The notes beneath the pieces are model-generated. The model was not told where the DNA came from. It did no database searches and worked only from the letters and a program-made list of their open reading frames with translations. Shown here piece after piece: positions 33,323 through 43,063 of a DNA stretch of 64,000 nt. Positions within the stretch are counted from its first letter, which is position 1, and every line of letters begins with the position of its first letter. The position numbers and the translations under genes were made by a program. This DNA comes from an uncultured Acidobacteriota bacterium (GTDB taxonomy: Bacteria > Acidobacteriota > Terriglobia > Terriglobales > Acidobacteriaceae): positions 855,458 to 919,457 of the forward strand of contig CAVTLV010000001.1 in assembly GCA_963735695.1 (NCBI GenBank). Reading direction: 5' to 3'.

Positions 33323-34306
33323 TTACTTTCCTGCGGAGACAGAAGAGGAGCTGGTCTGACTGCACTTGGCAAAATTGAGCCGCTCGACTGCCGTACCTTC
33401 CTCGTAGTCGTTCCAGGTTTCGATCATGATGAAGGGAAGCGGATGAGCCTCGTCGAAGTAACGAGTGTAGAAGTGAAGGGTGTCTTCAAAGGTTTGGCCG
33501 CAGCGGCTCTGCATGTGGCGATTTAGTCCCCAAGTTGCGGATGAGTCGTCGAAGCCCGGCCAGGCCGCACCGACGATGATCTTATCGGGATGCTTGTTGC
33601 GCATGTTCTTGTAAAAATCATCCAAGTACTGTTCGCCCCAATTGCTGCCATCTGAAGTCCAACCCTTTTGTCCAGGCTGCACCCACGCATACATGCCCGC
33701 GAAGTCCGAGGCGTACCGCGCGGGCGGTTCGTCTTTGTAGATCAGGATCGGAGACGACTCCCATGACTGGCAGTGCTCAACCACCCGGTTCCAGTCGACG
33801 TGGCCCCGCTTCGGAAAAATGAAGATCATGGGGCGACCGCTATAAGTCAGATAGGAGCTGCGATGAGGCGCGCTGGGACCGATATAGGAGCTATACGCCT
33901 TATCGAAGGCTGAAATTGCGCCGTCAGTGGCCTGGGCGTCATCATCCGCAGGCTCGTTGTAGAGCAGAGCCACCTGAAAGCGACTTTCGTCCGCAGCCTC
34001 CTGCAGCAATGCAAAATTGTGATCGGAAAATGGAGCACCTTCCCCGTACCAGTCGACGACAAACGCCGAGATGCCCATGTGTCGAGCCTGTTGGATTTGT
34101 TTTCGAAGAACAGCGGGATCGTAGCTGGCATAACCGACGTCTAAGTGTTGCTGATCGCCGAACCACGGCATGTAAACGGCGATAAGCCTAGGCCCGGCGT
34201 TAGGAGCCTGCAGATTGCGGTCCACCGCGCGATGCATGCCGGGCGTGGTGCAACCCGTCCCTGCCATAAAACACACGATCGCCAGTGCCAGCAGTTTATT
34301 AGACAA
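33323..34306 (-). CDS. GH99-like glycoside hydrolase, exported (possible lipoprotein)
   Basis: AVYMPWFGD...GISAFVVDWYGEG...IMIETWNDYEEGTAVE resembles the GH99 block FNEWHEGTQIE. The start is TTG with GGAG 8 nt upstream. The N-terminus is LLALAIVCFMAGTGC. Confidence 0.6.
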   Translation of the reverse strand: MSNKLLALAIVCFMAGTGCTTPGMHRAVDRNLQAPNAGPRLIAVYMPWFGDQQHLDVGYASYDPAVLRKQIQQARHMGISAFVVDWYGEGAPFSDHNFALLQEAADESRFQVALLYNEPADDDAQATDGAISAFDKAYSSYIGPSAPHRSSYLTYSGRPMIFIFPKRGHVDWNRVVEHCQSWESSPILIYKDEPPARYASDFAGMYAWVQPGQKGWTSDGSNWGEQYLDDFYKNMRNKHPDKIIVGAAWPGFDDSSATWGLNRHMQSRCGQTFEDTLHFYTRYFDEAHPLPFIMIETWNDYEEGTAVERLNFAKCSQTSSSSVSAGK

Positions 34307-34375
34307 GAAAGAGCTCCAGTTTGCGATGAGCTTTGGATGCCGTGCCCAGAGCCTGGGTTGGCAGACGGCGATTCT

Positions 34376-34915
34376 TCAGAACTGAGAGACGGCCTGGAGT
34401 TGGCGGATTACCCACCGGTCTGCACCAGGCGTCATCAGCACGATATAGTGCACAATCGCATGCTCAATGTGGATGGTTTTGACGCCGTCGTGGATTTCAA
34501 AGTCGTACTCGGCTGTGTCGTGTAATTCGATTACGTCCCCTGCGGGGGCGTAGAACGCGGCCTCGAGTTTATGACGCTGGTTAAGGTATCGCGAGGTGAT
34601 ACCGCTCCGATGCTGGCTGCTAACCGTTTCTCTCAGCCAGTCATTCGCAGTGCCGGCAAAAAGGCCGTTCAGCGGGCCAGCGGAGTTCGATTCCATTGCT
34701 ACATCGAGATTGGTCCAAGCGAACCTGTAGTCGCGCACGATGGCACGCTGCGTCAGGGCCTCCACAGACCGCGGGCTCGTTTTGCTCGCATCTAGTGTGA
34801 CCTGGGGAGAATTGTCTGCCGCAAAAAGAGCAGACGATGACAGCAATATCAGCACAATCATTGCGCTGACTCTCAACCGGGCAGGATGCTTCATGTGACG
34901 AGAATTTGCGTTCAT
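34376..34915 (-). CDS. hypothetical exported protein
   Basis: It has a signal peptide (RLRVSAMIVLILLSSSALFA). Its start lies 1 nt from the upstream stop, so it is in an operon position. Confidence 0.6.
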   Translation of the reverse strand: MNANSRHMKHPARLRVSAMIVLILLSSSALFAADNSPQVTLDASKTSPRSVEALTQRAIVRDYRFAWTNLDVAMESNSAGPLNGLFAGTANDWLRETVSSQHRSGITSRYLNQRHKLEAAFYAPAGDVIELHDTAEYDFEIHDGVKTIHIEHAIVHYIVLMTPGADRWVIRQLQAVSQF

Positions 34916-34916
34916 C

Positions 34917-35816
34917 TCACTCCTTGCTTCCGAGCCGCAGTTCGTTTCCTGTCGCGACTCCGGACGCAGCCGAGACTACGACGGGGCCTTTGGCGACCAG
35001 CGTAGCGCGGGCGATATCCTGCTTGACCGGGGCATCCACAAAGCTGACCTCCTGGCCATCTTTCGCAGTGAACGTCACGATTGTCCCGTCCGGCACGGGA
35101 TTACCCGAGCAGTCGCGCACGGGTTCAGTCTCGACGAGAATGCCCTTCGCAGTTCGCTGTCCCTTAATTCGCAGATTACATGGATCAGAGGCGACCTGCT
35201 GCACGACCCTGCGGGCGACTAAATCGCTGAGCGATGCCGAAATCTGCAACGCACCCGCGAACTTTCCCGAGCCAGTGCGAAACCAGGCAACGCCGTCGTG
35301 AGTCAGTACATTGCGCGAGGAGGGAGCAGAGCTCTTGGCGGTCAATTCAAACTGAACCGTGACGGGCGCCAGAACGAGGTTATGAAATTGGTCGAAGGGA
35401 AAAGCTACCCCGTTGATCACGTCATTCAATCCCACCGGCGCTCGCGAGGGGTGCACAAGAAACGTAAGAGCGGCTGGTTTGTCGGGAGCAACAAAAAATC
35501 GAGCACTGCTGCAAGTGCTGGCACACAGAATAGCCACATAGTCGCCGGAGCTTTGAAGCTCTTTTGCACTTAAGTCGATGCTCTGTCCCAGCTCCACATC
35601 TCGCCTGAAGGAGATTGACGGACCTCTAAGATAGAACGTGGCCGAGCCATTACCCGCTGTTGCTATGGACGCTGCCTGTCCAGCTACGGCGTTGGAAGGA
35701 ACACGGAGTGGCGTATCCTGCGCAACAGCAACCATCGCCAGGAAAATGAAAACACCCGTGACCAGAACGCCGTAAACACTATGACTTTTGCAGGCTGTAT
35801 TGATTGACGACGACAT
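34917..35816 (-). CDS. hypothetical exported/membrane-anchored protein
   Basis: The hydrophobic N-terminus is VYGVLVTGVFIFLAMVAVA and the remainder is beta-rich. The start is uncertain (ATG 35816 or 35864) and both options overlap the upstream gene end. Confidence 0.55.
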   Translation of the reverse strand: MSSSINTACKSHSVYGVLVTGVFIFLAMVAVAQDTPLRVPSNAVAGQAASIATAGNGSATFYLRGPSISFRRDVELGQSIDLSAKELQSSGDYVAILCASTCSSARFFVAPDKPAALTFLVHPSRAPVGLNDVINGVAFPFDQFHNLVLAPVTVQFELTAKSSAPSSRNVLTHDGVAWFRTGSGKFAGALQISASLSDLVARRVVQQVASDPCNLRIKGQRTAKGILVETEPVRDCSGNPVPDGTIVTFTAKDGQEVSFVDAPVKQDIARATLVAKGPVVVSAASGVATGNELRLGSKE

Positions 35817-36924
35817 GAAAATTCTGAACCTTTCCGGCCACGGATTGTGGAATCTCAACCGCAAATGACTCCGTTGACTGCGGAACCAGGGCTTGCTCTA
35901 CGTATCCGTCGGAGACCCACACGACCTTGCCACTGTTATCGTAGAAACTCGCGATGACGTGCGGGATGTTTACCGTCTGCCCACTTTCATTCAGCAATTC
36001 TCCATGCAGCACCGAATGACCTTGCGCATCCGTTTCGAGCTTCTGGTTCATCACTCCGATAACAGGATCCGATGACGCCGGGACAAGCGTGGCCTTAACA
36101 TCCATCCGGACATTCTTCACCTTGCTCAGGCTTACCTTGGGGAAATCGATGCGATACGGAGTAACTTGCTTGGGCAGCAACACGTGAAGAATCTTGTCGA
36201 AGCTGCTTTCATCGTCGATCGCGCTGCCGGAAGCGTCGACTAGTATGGCATTTACATTGACGAATGCCGGAACCGTATCTTCGTTTACGACTTCACCCAT
36301 TACCACGGCGCCTTCAGCGGAATCGACGGCATTCATAGAGACGATTCGTACATTTGGAGCATCGACGTTGTGTGCGCCCCATTCCTCCCCTGCGGACCCT
36401 GTAACCAGATCCCAACGCAAGTAATTCACCGGGACGATTTGGGCAGGAACATTTGGTTTTGGTGTCTCATCCCAAATTACTTTCCAGGTATCGCCGCGGT
36501 GGGCGAGATGAAAATCGCGAACGTCTTCGACCGGCCCTACTGGAGTACTCCAGTGCAAGCGCACCCGCATTTGAGCTTCGGAGTTCGTAGCGTGAAGCGG
36601 ACGCGTGTCGAACCGCTCAAGACTGGAGAACGAGCGTAACCCGCCACTGGAACCAACCCATTCCTGGATGAACGCTTGCTCGTTCAGAGTGTCGCTGGTG
36701 CGTTCTACGCTCGAAAACGCTCGATCCCAGTTCCGCCGTTGGACGTCAAGCAGGAAATTATTGAGAGCCTGTTCCGGGTTGGGGGCATTGGTGCTGAATC
36801 CAGGCAGAGCGGCTCCCGAAGCTATCCCAACGGTTCCTGCAGATCGCCCCGTGGACAATCCAAGAAACATGAGAACAACTGTGACCGCAACAATGAGAAT
36901 GACAATTGGCAGAGTTCGCATCAT
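35779..36924 (-). CDS. hypothetical membrane-anchored protein
   Basis: The N-terminal TM is MMRTLPIVILIVAVTVVLMFLGL. The GAGGAAGTGGA RBS lies within the end of the upstream gene. Confidence 0.6.
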   Translation of the reverse strand: MMRTLPIVILIVAVTVVLMFLGLSTGRSAGTVGIASGAALPGFSTNAPNPEQALNNFLLDVQRRNWDRAFSSVERTSDTLNEQAFIQEWVGSSGGLRSFSSLERFDTRPLHATNSEAQMRVRLHWSTPVGPVEDVRDFHLAHRGDTWKVIWDETPKPNVPAQIVPVNYLRWDLVTGSAGEEWGAHNVDAPNVRIVSMNAVDSAEGAVVMGEVVNEDTVPAFVNVNAILVDASGSAIDDESSFDKILHVLLPKQVTPYRIDFPKVSLSKVKNVRMDVKATLVPASSDPVIGVMNQKLETDAQGHSVLHGELLNESGQTVNIPHVIASFYDNSGKVVWVSDGYVEQALVPQSTESFAVEIPQSVAGKVQNFHVVVNQYSLQKS

Positions 36925-36933
36925 TCCACTTCC

Positions 36934-38679
36934 TCAGGCTACGTAATCACGCGCAGGTTCCGAAAACTCTCTCTGCGGCTCGATCGCTTTTCGTACGTTC
37001 TGTCTGGCCGGCAAGAGGAGGACCAGGAAGATCGCCAACACGCTCACGCCAATGGGGAGCGTACCCCAGAGCAATCCCATCCAGGCCGGCGGAATAGCAT
37101 CAGAGTCAATGCGGTGGGCAGGAGGAACGTCATCTTTCGACCACGCTGTGATCTCGCCGTTGTCGAAGGTCTCCGTCTTTCGCCAGCCGACAAAGGTCAG
37201 CAGCGGTTCGTAATAAGAATCATGGACAAACACGTACTTCAGTCCATAGCGATTCGCGTGCTCGAGCATGGCGCGGAGTGAAGCCATACCCGCAGAGCCA
37301 TAGAACTTGGCATTCGTCAATTGAGCTGAACCATAGTGAGTCATCTCAGGCAGAAGTCGGGCAGAGTTGTAGTCGCCATCGACGCTGCTGGCGTTGGTAT
37401 AGGTAGAAACTTGTGCGAGTTCGCTGCCGAAACCAAGGGTGAGATAGCGATAAGCGTCGTGGCCATCGCGATTGAGAAATGCGATCACGGGATTCACGTT
37501 TACAGTCGCAGCTGGTCGGTAGGGATTCGCTGTAAGCCAAGAAAGGGTCGCACCGATCGTCGCCACGGCAGCCAAAGACAACGCGACGGCAGCTTTCGCC
37601 CGAAAACGATCAAGCAATTCGACGGCTAACAGACCCACAATCGGCATAGCCATCAGTGTTGCCCAGAACGTGAAACGTTCGAAAGTGAGGACTTCAAACG
37701 CGCGCCCAAGCAGCCACCTAGGCAGCGGGGTCGTCCCGCCGAGCCCAAAAATGAGGGTTAGCCAGAAACCGAAGAGAAGTGGTCTGAGCCTTCGTACCGA
37801 GGCGCCTCGGATGACGATGAATGGCAAGGCCAGAATGAGAGCCCCGTACGGGATCACAAAATAGTTGATTGCCGTAATTGAGTTCAGGAGGAAGTTCGCC
37901 CGACTGTCGTGGGGGATTGGAATCTGATGGATGGGATGTTGGATCAAAGTCATCCAATACGGGAACAGAACGACTCCAACCCCGAGACCGACGAGGACTG
38001 CGAACGCCACGGCGCGTGAGACCGATACGACTAGCGAGCCTTTGGTGCGGCCATCTAGTGCGTCCATATAGATCACCCAAAGCACAGGGCCCGCAAACAG
38101 GACCGTACCGAAGATCAGCGTCACGTGGTGCGCTGCCGCGGCAGCCCAACTCACGGCGACGCCCTTGATCAAAGCGCGTCCAGAACCTTGGGTCGACCAT
38201 TCGTAAAAATACGGCAAGGCGTTCAAGTAGAGGGCAGCTGAGGAGATCGTTGCCAATTGCCCGGCCTGGTAGATCAGGAAGGCAAGCGCGCCGAGAAAGA
38301 TGCTGCCCAACGCTGCGTACGATGCGGGGCGCTCATCGACCCAAATACGGGCAAAACGGAAGACGCCGACGGGCAGCAAAAGAACGCCAACCAACTGCAC
38401 GAGCATGTACGCCATTTTCAGGCCGGCGACAGTCGAGACAAGCGCGATCCACTGGTGCGTCAATGGCGGGTAGGTCGTTTGCGAAAAGCCTCCGAACCAC
38501 TTCTCATTCCAGGGATTGAACCAGTGTTGCGCATAGTGCGAAGCGAGAAAAATATGGAAGTTCGCGTCGAATGAACCCGACGGAAGTTGCATGAGTAACA
38601 GAGGCCCGTGAACGGCCAAGGCCACCAACACAATCGCTAGAAGCGGAATCGGACGGGAGTAGCTTTCGTTCGGCGTCAT
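36934..38679 (-). CDS. polytopic membrane protein, GT-C-like glycosyltransferase or polymerase candidate
   Basis: About 12 or more hydrophobic segments are followed by a soluble C-terminal ~150 aa. An early loop reads DANFHIFLASHYAQHWFNPWNEKWFGGFSQTTYPPL. The family assignment is tentative. Confidence 0.5.
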   Translation of the reverse strand: MTPNESYSRPIPLLAIVLVALAVHGPLLLMQLPSGSFDANFHIFLASHYAQHWFNPWNEKWFGGFSQTTYPPLTHQWIALVSTVAGLKMAYMLVQLVGVLLLPVGVFRFARIWVDERPASYAALGSIFLGALAFLIYQAGQLATISSAALYLNALPYFYEWSTQGSGRALIKGVAVSWAAAAAHHVTLIFGTVLFAGPVLWVIYMDALDGRTKGSLVVSVSRAVAFAVLVGLGVGVVLFPYWMTLIQHPIHQIPIPHDSRANFLLNSITAINYFVIPYGALILALPFIVIRGASVRRLRPLLFGFWLTLIFGLGGTTPLPRWLLGRAFEVLTFERFTFWATLMAMPIVGLLAVELLDRFRAKAAVALSLAAVATIGATLSWLTANPYRPAATVNVNPVIAFLNRDGHDAYRYLTLGFGSELAQVSTYTNASSVDGDYNSARLLPEMTHYGSAQLTNAKFYGSAGMASLRAMLEHANRYGLKYVFVHDSYYEPLLTFVGWRKTETFDNGEITAWSKDDVPPAHRIDSDAIPPAWMGLLWGTLPIGVSVLAIFLVLLLPARQNVRKAIEPQREFSEPARDYVA

Positions 38680-38887
38680 TCAATACACACTCCTGCGCTA
38701 GGCAGCCAAATTTGATTCGTAACGGGTCCATAAGGTTTGCGTAATTTCTGGCTCCGCGATGTCTACAGCCCTCCCTTGAGGCAAACCTAATTGTTCCAAT
38801 CGCATCTGAACTGGGCCGCGGAACTTCCCGTGTGGAAAACACTTTGCGGGGACTGTTCCAGACTTCATTCGTATAAGTGGTGACTCT

Positions 38888-41800
38888 GTGAAAAGCCGGT
38901 TTCCGTTCACTTGCTTTTGCCTTGTTACGGTTTTAATGCTCTTGGGAAGAGGATCAGGGCAGACTTACGATCTTGGTTCGGGCAAGAAGACGGACCAACA
39001 AAACTCCAACGGTAACGATTTAAGTTGGGGTGCGGGCATTGAAGTCGCGCGGCAGGCCCGCGCAGCCGATGAGTCCCTGAAGCGGAATGACTTTGGAGGG
39101 GCCGTAGCGCACGCCCAGCAAGCCGTCAATTCAGCTCCCCAAGATGCGGAACTCTGGTTCTTGTTGGGATATGCCGCTCGCTTGAACGCCCAGTATGGGC
39201 TGTCGGTGGACGCTTACAATCGGGGATTAAAGCAAAAGCCGACCTCCGTCCGTGGGCTGGCCGGGTTGGCTCAGACCTACGCCAGGATGGGCCGAGACAA
39301 TGAAGCAGAGCAACTGCTACGCAAAGTCATCGAAGCCAATCCTAAAGACGCCAACAGTCTACAGCTCGCAGGTGAATTGCTGCTTAGCACGGATCCGAAA
39401 ACCGCGCTAGCCCTTCTCGAGCGAGCCGATGCCGCCCAACCGTCTGCCCATGGAGATTTGCTGATTGCTCACGCCTACCAGAGGCTCGGGCAACCGGATG
39501 AAGCGGCCCGTTATATCAACCAAGCCAAGAACCGTGGGCCACACGATCCTGATGTGCTACGCGCCGTAGCCGAGCAATACAGGAATCAGGGGAAATACGA
39601 CGAGGCAATAGCAACCTTACAGGCGATTCCGAGCAAGAATGCCGATGTGCAAGCAGAAATGGCTTACACCTATGAACTTGCCGGCAACCCCCACGAGGCT
39701 GCGGTTCTGTACTCGCGCGTTGCCAAAGCTTCGAAGGGAAACATTGGATTTCAATTGAGCGCTGCGCAAGCGTTCATCAACGCCGGGAAACCAGAAGAAG
39801 CAACGCCCTTCCTCGATGCCGCACGCTCGATCGAGGGCAACAACTATCGCCTCCATGCGATCCTAGCAGCTCTTGCGGAATCTGAAGATCGTCTTCCCGA
39901 CGCGGAGCAGGAATACAAGATCGCACTGAGCAATCTGCCGGCGCACGTGCAAGAAGGACCTCTTTATCCGATCGAGTTGCGGCTGAATCTATATGAGACC
40001 TACGTACGGCTCGACGATGACACCAACGCAAAACAGCAATTGCAGGCCGCTGCGACCGCTATTCAACAGGTTCAGGTTCAGGATTCAGCTCGACCGGAGA
40101 TGCTCCGCCTGCGTGCAGCGGTAGAAGCCGCGTCCGGGAACCTGGATGCTGCCAACCGCGATTTGAAAGAGGCGCTGGCTCTCGCACCCGGCAACGTGAA
40201 CTCGATGATGAACTTGGGAACGTTGCAGTGGAAAATGGGCCAAAAAGGCGCTGCCCGCGAAACATTCTTGAAGGTTATGGAGTTGGACAAGAATAATCGC
40301 CAGGCGCTGTCAGGTCTCGGATATCTGGCGCGCGATGCCGGCGATACGAAGCTGGCCGAGTCGTACTTCTCTCGTGCCATTGCGACGCACCCGAAAGATT
40401 ATGCTCCACACCTCGCGCTGGGTGACCTCTACACAGCCGAGCGCAACTTCCATGCAGCAGAAACCGAATACGAAAACGCTTATGAGCGGATGCCAAGTAA
40501 TCCTCTGGCCGTGGCCGGAGGCGCAAATGCCGCGTTGGAATCACACAATATTGACTTGGCTCAACGCTGGCTGGAGCGGGCGAACGAAAAGATGAGCGGA
40601 AACGTGCAAGTACAGCGCGAACGCGAGCGCTATCTCACTTTCCGAGGGCAATACGCAGAGTCCGCTCAGCTCGGCCAGAACGTCATTGCCAAGCTTCCGA
40701 ACGATCGCGAGGGTGTTGATTATCTTGCATATGACCTTTACTATCTCGGCCGCTACGACGAGGCGCTCTCGTTAGTCAAGAAATATGAGCCGGTCCTGGC
40801 GAATGATAAGGATCTTCCTCTGATTGCGGGCAATGTCTACGTTCGCAATCACGATCTACAGGCCGCGTTGCAAAGCTTCACGCGTGCGCTTGAACTAGAC
40901 CCAAAGATGGCCACTGGATATGTGAATCGCGGCTTCGTATGGAACGATCTGAAGCAAGCGGCGAAGGCATCCAAGGATTTTCAAACGGCCTTGAAGTTAC
41001 AGCCAGACTACGGCGAAGCTCATCTTGGATTGGCTTACGCTAACCTCCAGCTTCATCGGCCCAAACCTGCCCTCAAACAGCTCGAAGCTGCGCAGAAGAC
41101 CTTGGGCAAGTCGCGGCCATGGCATCTGGCGCGAGCCGAAGCATTCCGCCAGGAAGTAGATTATCCGCATGCCGCTGAGGAGTACCGCATCGCGTTGGCT
41201 GAGGACGCCAACGATATGACAACTGAAATGGCCTATGCCGATGTCCTCTTGCGCATGCGCCAGTACACTGAGGCTATCGCGGCGTTGAACGACGCTCTGA
41301 AGCTCGCACCTTCTGAACCCGCGATCTACGCCTTAATGGCGCAGGTCCATGCGAAACAAGGAGAGCGGGACCAGACACTTCGGGATATTGAGGCAGCAGA
41401 CCGTCTGGGTGGAAATCGCTTGGAGATTTTGACCGCCACCGGCGATGCGCTACTGACGTTGGGTGATCGCGACGCTGCGATGCAACGATTCTCGAGGGCG
41501 TTGGAAGTCCCGGGAGGAAACCGAATCGGGATCCGGCTTGCACTGGCCCAGATTTTCCTGCGCCAGAGTCATGCGGATGAAGCTCGCCGGCAAATTGCAC
41601 TTGGTTTTGCGGAAGCCCGGATGTTGCCAGATTCCCCTATCAGCGGGCAGGATTTCGCCGATGCAGGGAATCTATTTCTCGCGATGCACGATTTTGATCT
41701 GGCCGAGCAGTATTTCGGCCGAGCTCAAATGGCAGGGGCGAACAACCGTGCAGTAGCCATTGGTCTCACCAATACGTACCTTGCCGAGGGTAATACGCAG

Positions 41801-43045
41801 AAAGCAGGCTCGACTCTAGCCAGTCTAGGTCCCGCGAGCGACTTCCAGGACGATTACGACTACATGATGGCGTCGGCGAATCTCTATCGCCAACGTCAAG
41901 ACCCGCTGCATTCGCTCGCATCGTTTGCACAGGCCAGCACGATCGCCGGGCCGGAAGATCACGGCGTGGCAGAAAGTTCGCAATACATTGAAGCCGAGCA
42001 GGAAGGCCGTCAGATCAACAACAAAACCAGTTTTGTTCCGGAGGAATTGTCCGCTCCTGCTTTTGAAGACATCAATGTCTACACTTTGGACGCGAGGATT
42101 CTCAAGGTAACCAACCCCGCCTTATTGCCGCCCCCGCGACATTCTTTTCAGAATTTGGTTGAGTCCCACTACCGAGTACAACTGGGCAACCTCCCAGTGA
42201 TCTCGGGATTTGTGGGTCAAGGCTTCACCACGGGACGTTTGCTCTTTCCCAGTGTCGGGGTGGTTCAAGATCGCAATACTTTCGACACGATTATCAATGG
42301 AGGAGTCAACCCAATCCTGCATTTCGGGTCAAACTCAATCACATTCAACGGAGGACTTCAATTTACCATTCGGCGCGATACTGTGTCCCCCGTCTACATG
42401 AGTCAAAACCTGTTTCGGCAGTTCCTGTACGTGTATACGAGTTCATTCTTCAACTGGATTTCGTTTACCGGAAGTGCCGAGCGGGAGAGTGGTCCGTTCA
42501 TCGATCGAGACTTACACTCCCGCGACGCCTTTGCCAACATCGAGTTCACGGTTGGACGCCCGTGGGGTCGTACTTCGCTGATCACCGGGTACTCAGTTCG
42601 AGATTTGCTATTCCGTCCGATGGTCGAGGAGTACTTCAATACCTCCGTCTACGCCGGCCTGCAACGCAAGTTCGGCAATCGCCTGACAGCAGCTCTTCTT
42701 GCGGAAGATCTGCGCTCGTGGCGCGTACAGGGTACGCAGTACGCGATCGCGCAGGCGCTATTGCCCGGAGGACGCTTCGAGTTTCGGGCGACTCCACGCT
42801 GGAGTGTGCAGGGTTCCGCTGTGATCTCCCGAGGATCCGGCTTCCACTCATACGACAATGTCCAGAGCCAATTTCTTGTGTCCTACGTGCGTCCTCTGCG
42901 AGGACGCGTGAAAGATGGCTCAATGGAGACGCCGGTTTCTTTCCCGCTACGTTTCTCGATCGGCGTGCAGCAGCAGAGCTTTTACAACTTTCCGGGTTCG
43001 AGCAGAAACACTGTGCTTCCCGTTGTGCATCTCACTCTGTTCTGA
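38888..43045 (+). CDS. giant TPR-repeat protein with C-terminal outer-membrane beta-barrel-like domain (PgaA/BcsC/PelB-like architecture)
   Basis: GTG start with signal peptide (FTCFCLVTVLMLLGRGSG). About 950 aa of TPR repeats follow. The last ~400 aa are beta-rich with alternating hydrophobicity, and the protein ends ...VLPVVHLTLF, an OMP-type terminal Phe. Confidence 0.7.
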   Translation: MKSRFPFTCFCLVTVLMLLGRGSGQTYDLGSGKKTDQQNSNGNDLSWGAGIEVARQARAADESLKRNDFGGAVAHAQQAVNSAPQDAELWFLLGYAARLNAQYGLSVDAYNRGLKQKPTSVRGLAGLAQTYARMGRDNEAEQLLRKVIEANPKDANSLQLAGELLLSTDPKTALALLERADAAQPSAHGDLLIAHAYQRLGQPDEAARYINQAKNRGPHDPDVLRAVAEQYRNQGKYDEAIATLQAIPSKNADVQAEMAYTYELAGNPHEAAVLYSRVAKASKGNIGFQLSAAQAFINAGKPEEATPFLDAARSIEGNNYRLHAILAALAESEDRLPDAEQEYKIALSNLPAHVQEGPLYPIELRLNLYETYVRLDDDTNAKQQLQAAATAIQQVQVQDSARPEMLRLRAAVEAASGNLDAANRDLKEALALAPGNVNSMMNLGTLQWKMGQKGAARETFLKVMELDKNNRQALSGLGYLARDAGDTKLAESYFSRAIATHPKDYAPHLALGDLYTAERNFHAAETEYENAYERMPSNPLAVAGGANAALESHNIDLAQRWLERANEKMSGNVQVQRERERYLTFRGQYAESAQLGQNVIAKLPNDREGVDYLAYDLYYLGRYDEALSLVKKYEPVLANDKDLPLIAGNVYVRNHDLQAALQSFTRALELDPKMATGYVNRGFVWNDLKQAAKASKDFQTALKLQPDYGEAHLGLAYANLQLHRPKPALKQLEAAQKTLGKSRPWHLARAEAFRQEVDYPHAAEEYRIALAEDANDMTTEMAYADVLLRMRQYTEAIAALNDALKLAPSEPAIYALMAQVHAKQGERDQTLRDIEAADRLGGNRLEILTATGDALLTLGDRDAAMQRFSRALEVPGGNRIGIRLALAQIFLRQSHADEARRQIALGFAEARMLPDSPISGQDFADAGNLFLAMHDFDLAEQYFGRAQMAGANNRAVAIGLTNTYLAEGNTQKAGSTLASLGPASDFQDDYDYMMASANLYRQRQDPLHSLASFAQASTIAGPEDHGVAESSQYIEAEQEGRQINNKTSFVPEELSAPAFEDINVYTLDARILKVTNPALLPPPRHSFQNLVESHYRVQLGNLPVISGFVGQGFTTGRLLFPSVGVVQDRNTFDTIINGGVNPILHFGSNSITFNGGLQFTIRRDTVSPVYMSQNLFRQFLYVYTSSFFNWISFTGSAERESGPFIDRDLHSRDAFANIEFTVGRPWGRTSLITGYSVRDLLFRPMVEEYFNTSVYAGLQRKFGNRLTAALLAEDLRSWRVQGTQYAIAQALLPGGRFEFRATPRWSVQGSAVISRGSGFHSYDNVQSQFLVSYVRPLRGRVKDGSMETPVSFPLRFSIGVQQQSFYNFPGSSRNTVLPVVHLTLF

Positions 43046-43063
43046 ACCGGCTTTGCGCACTCC

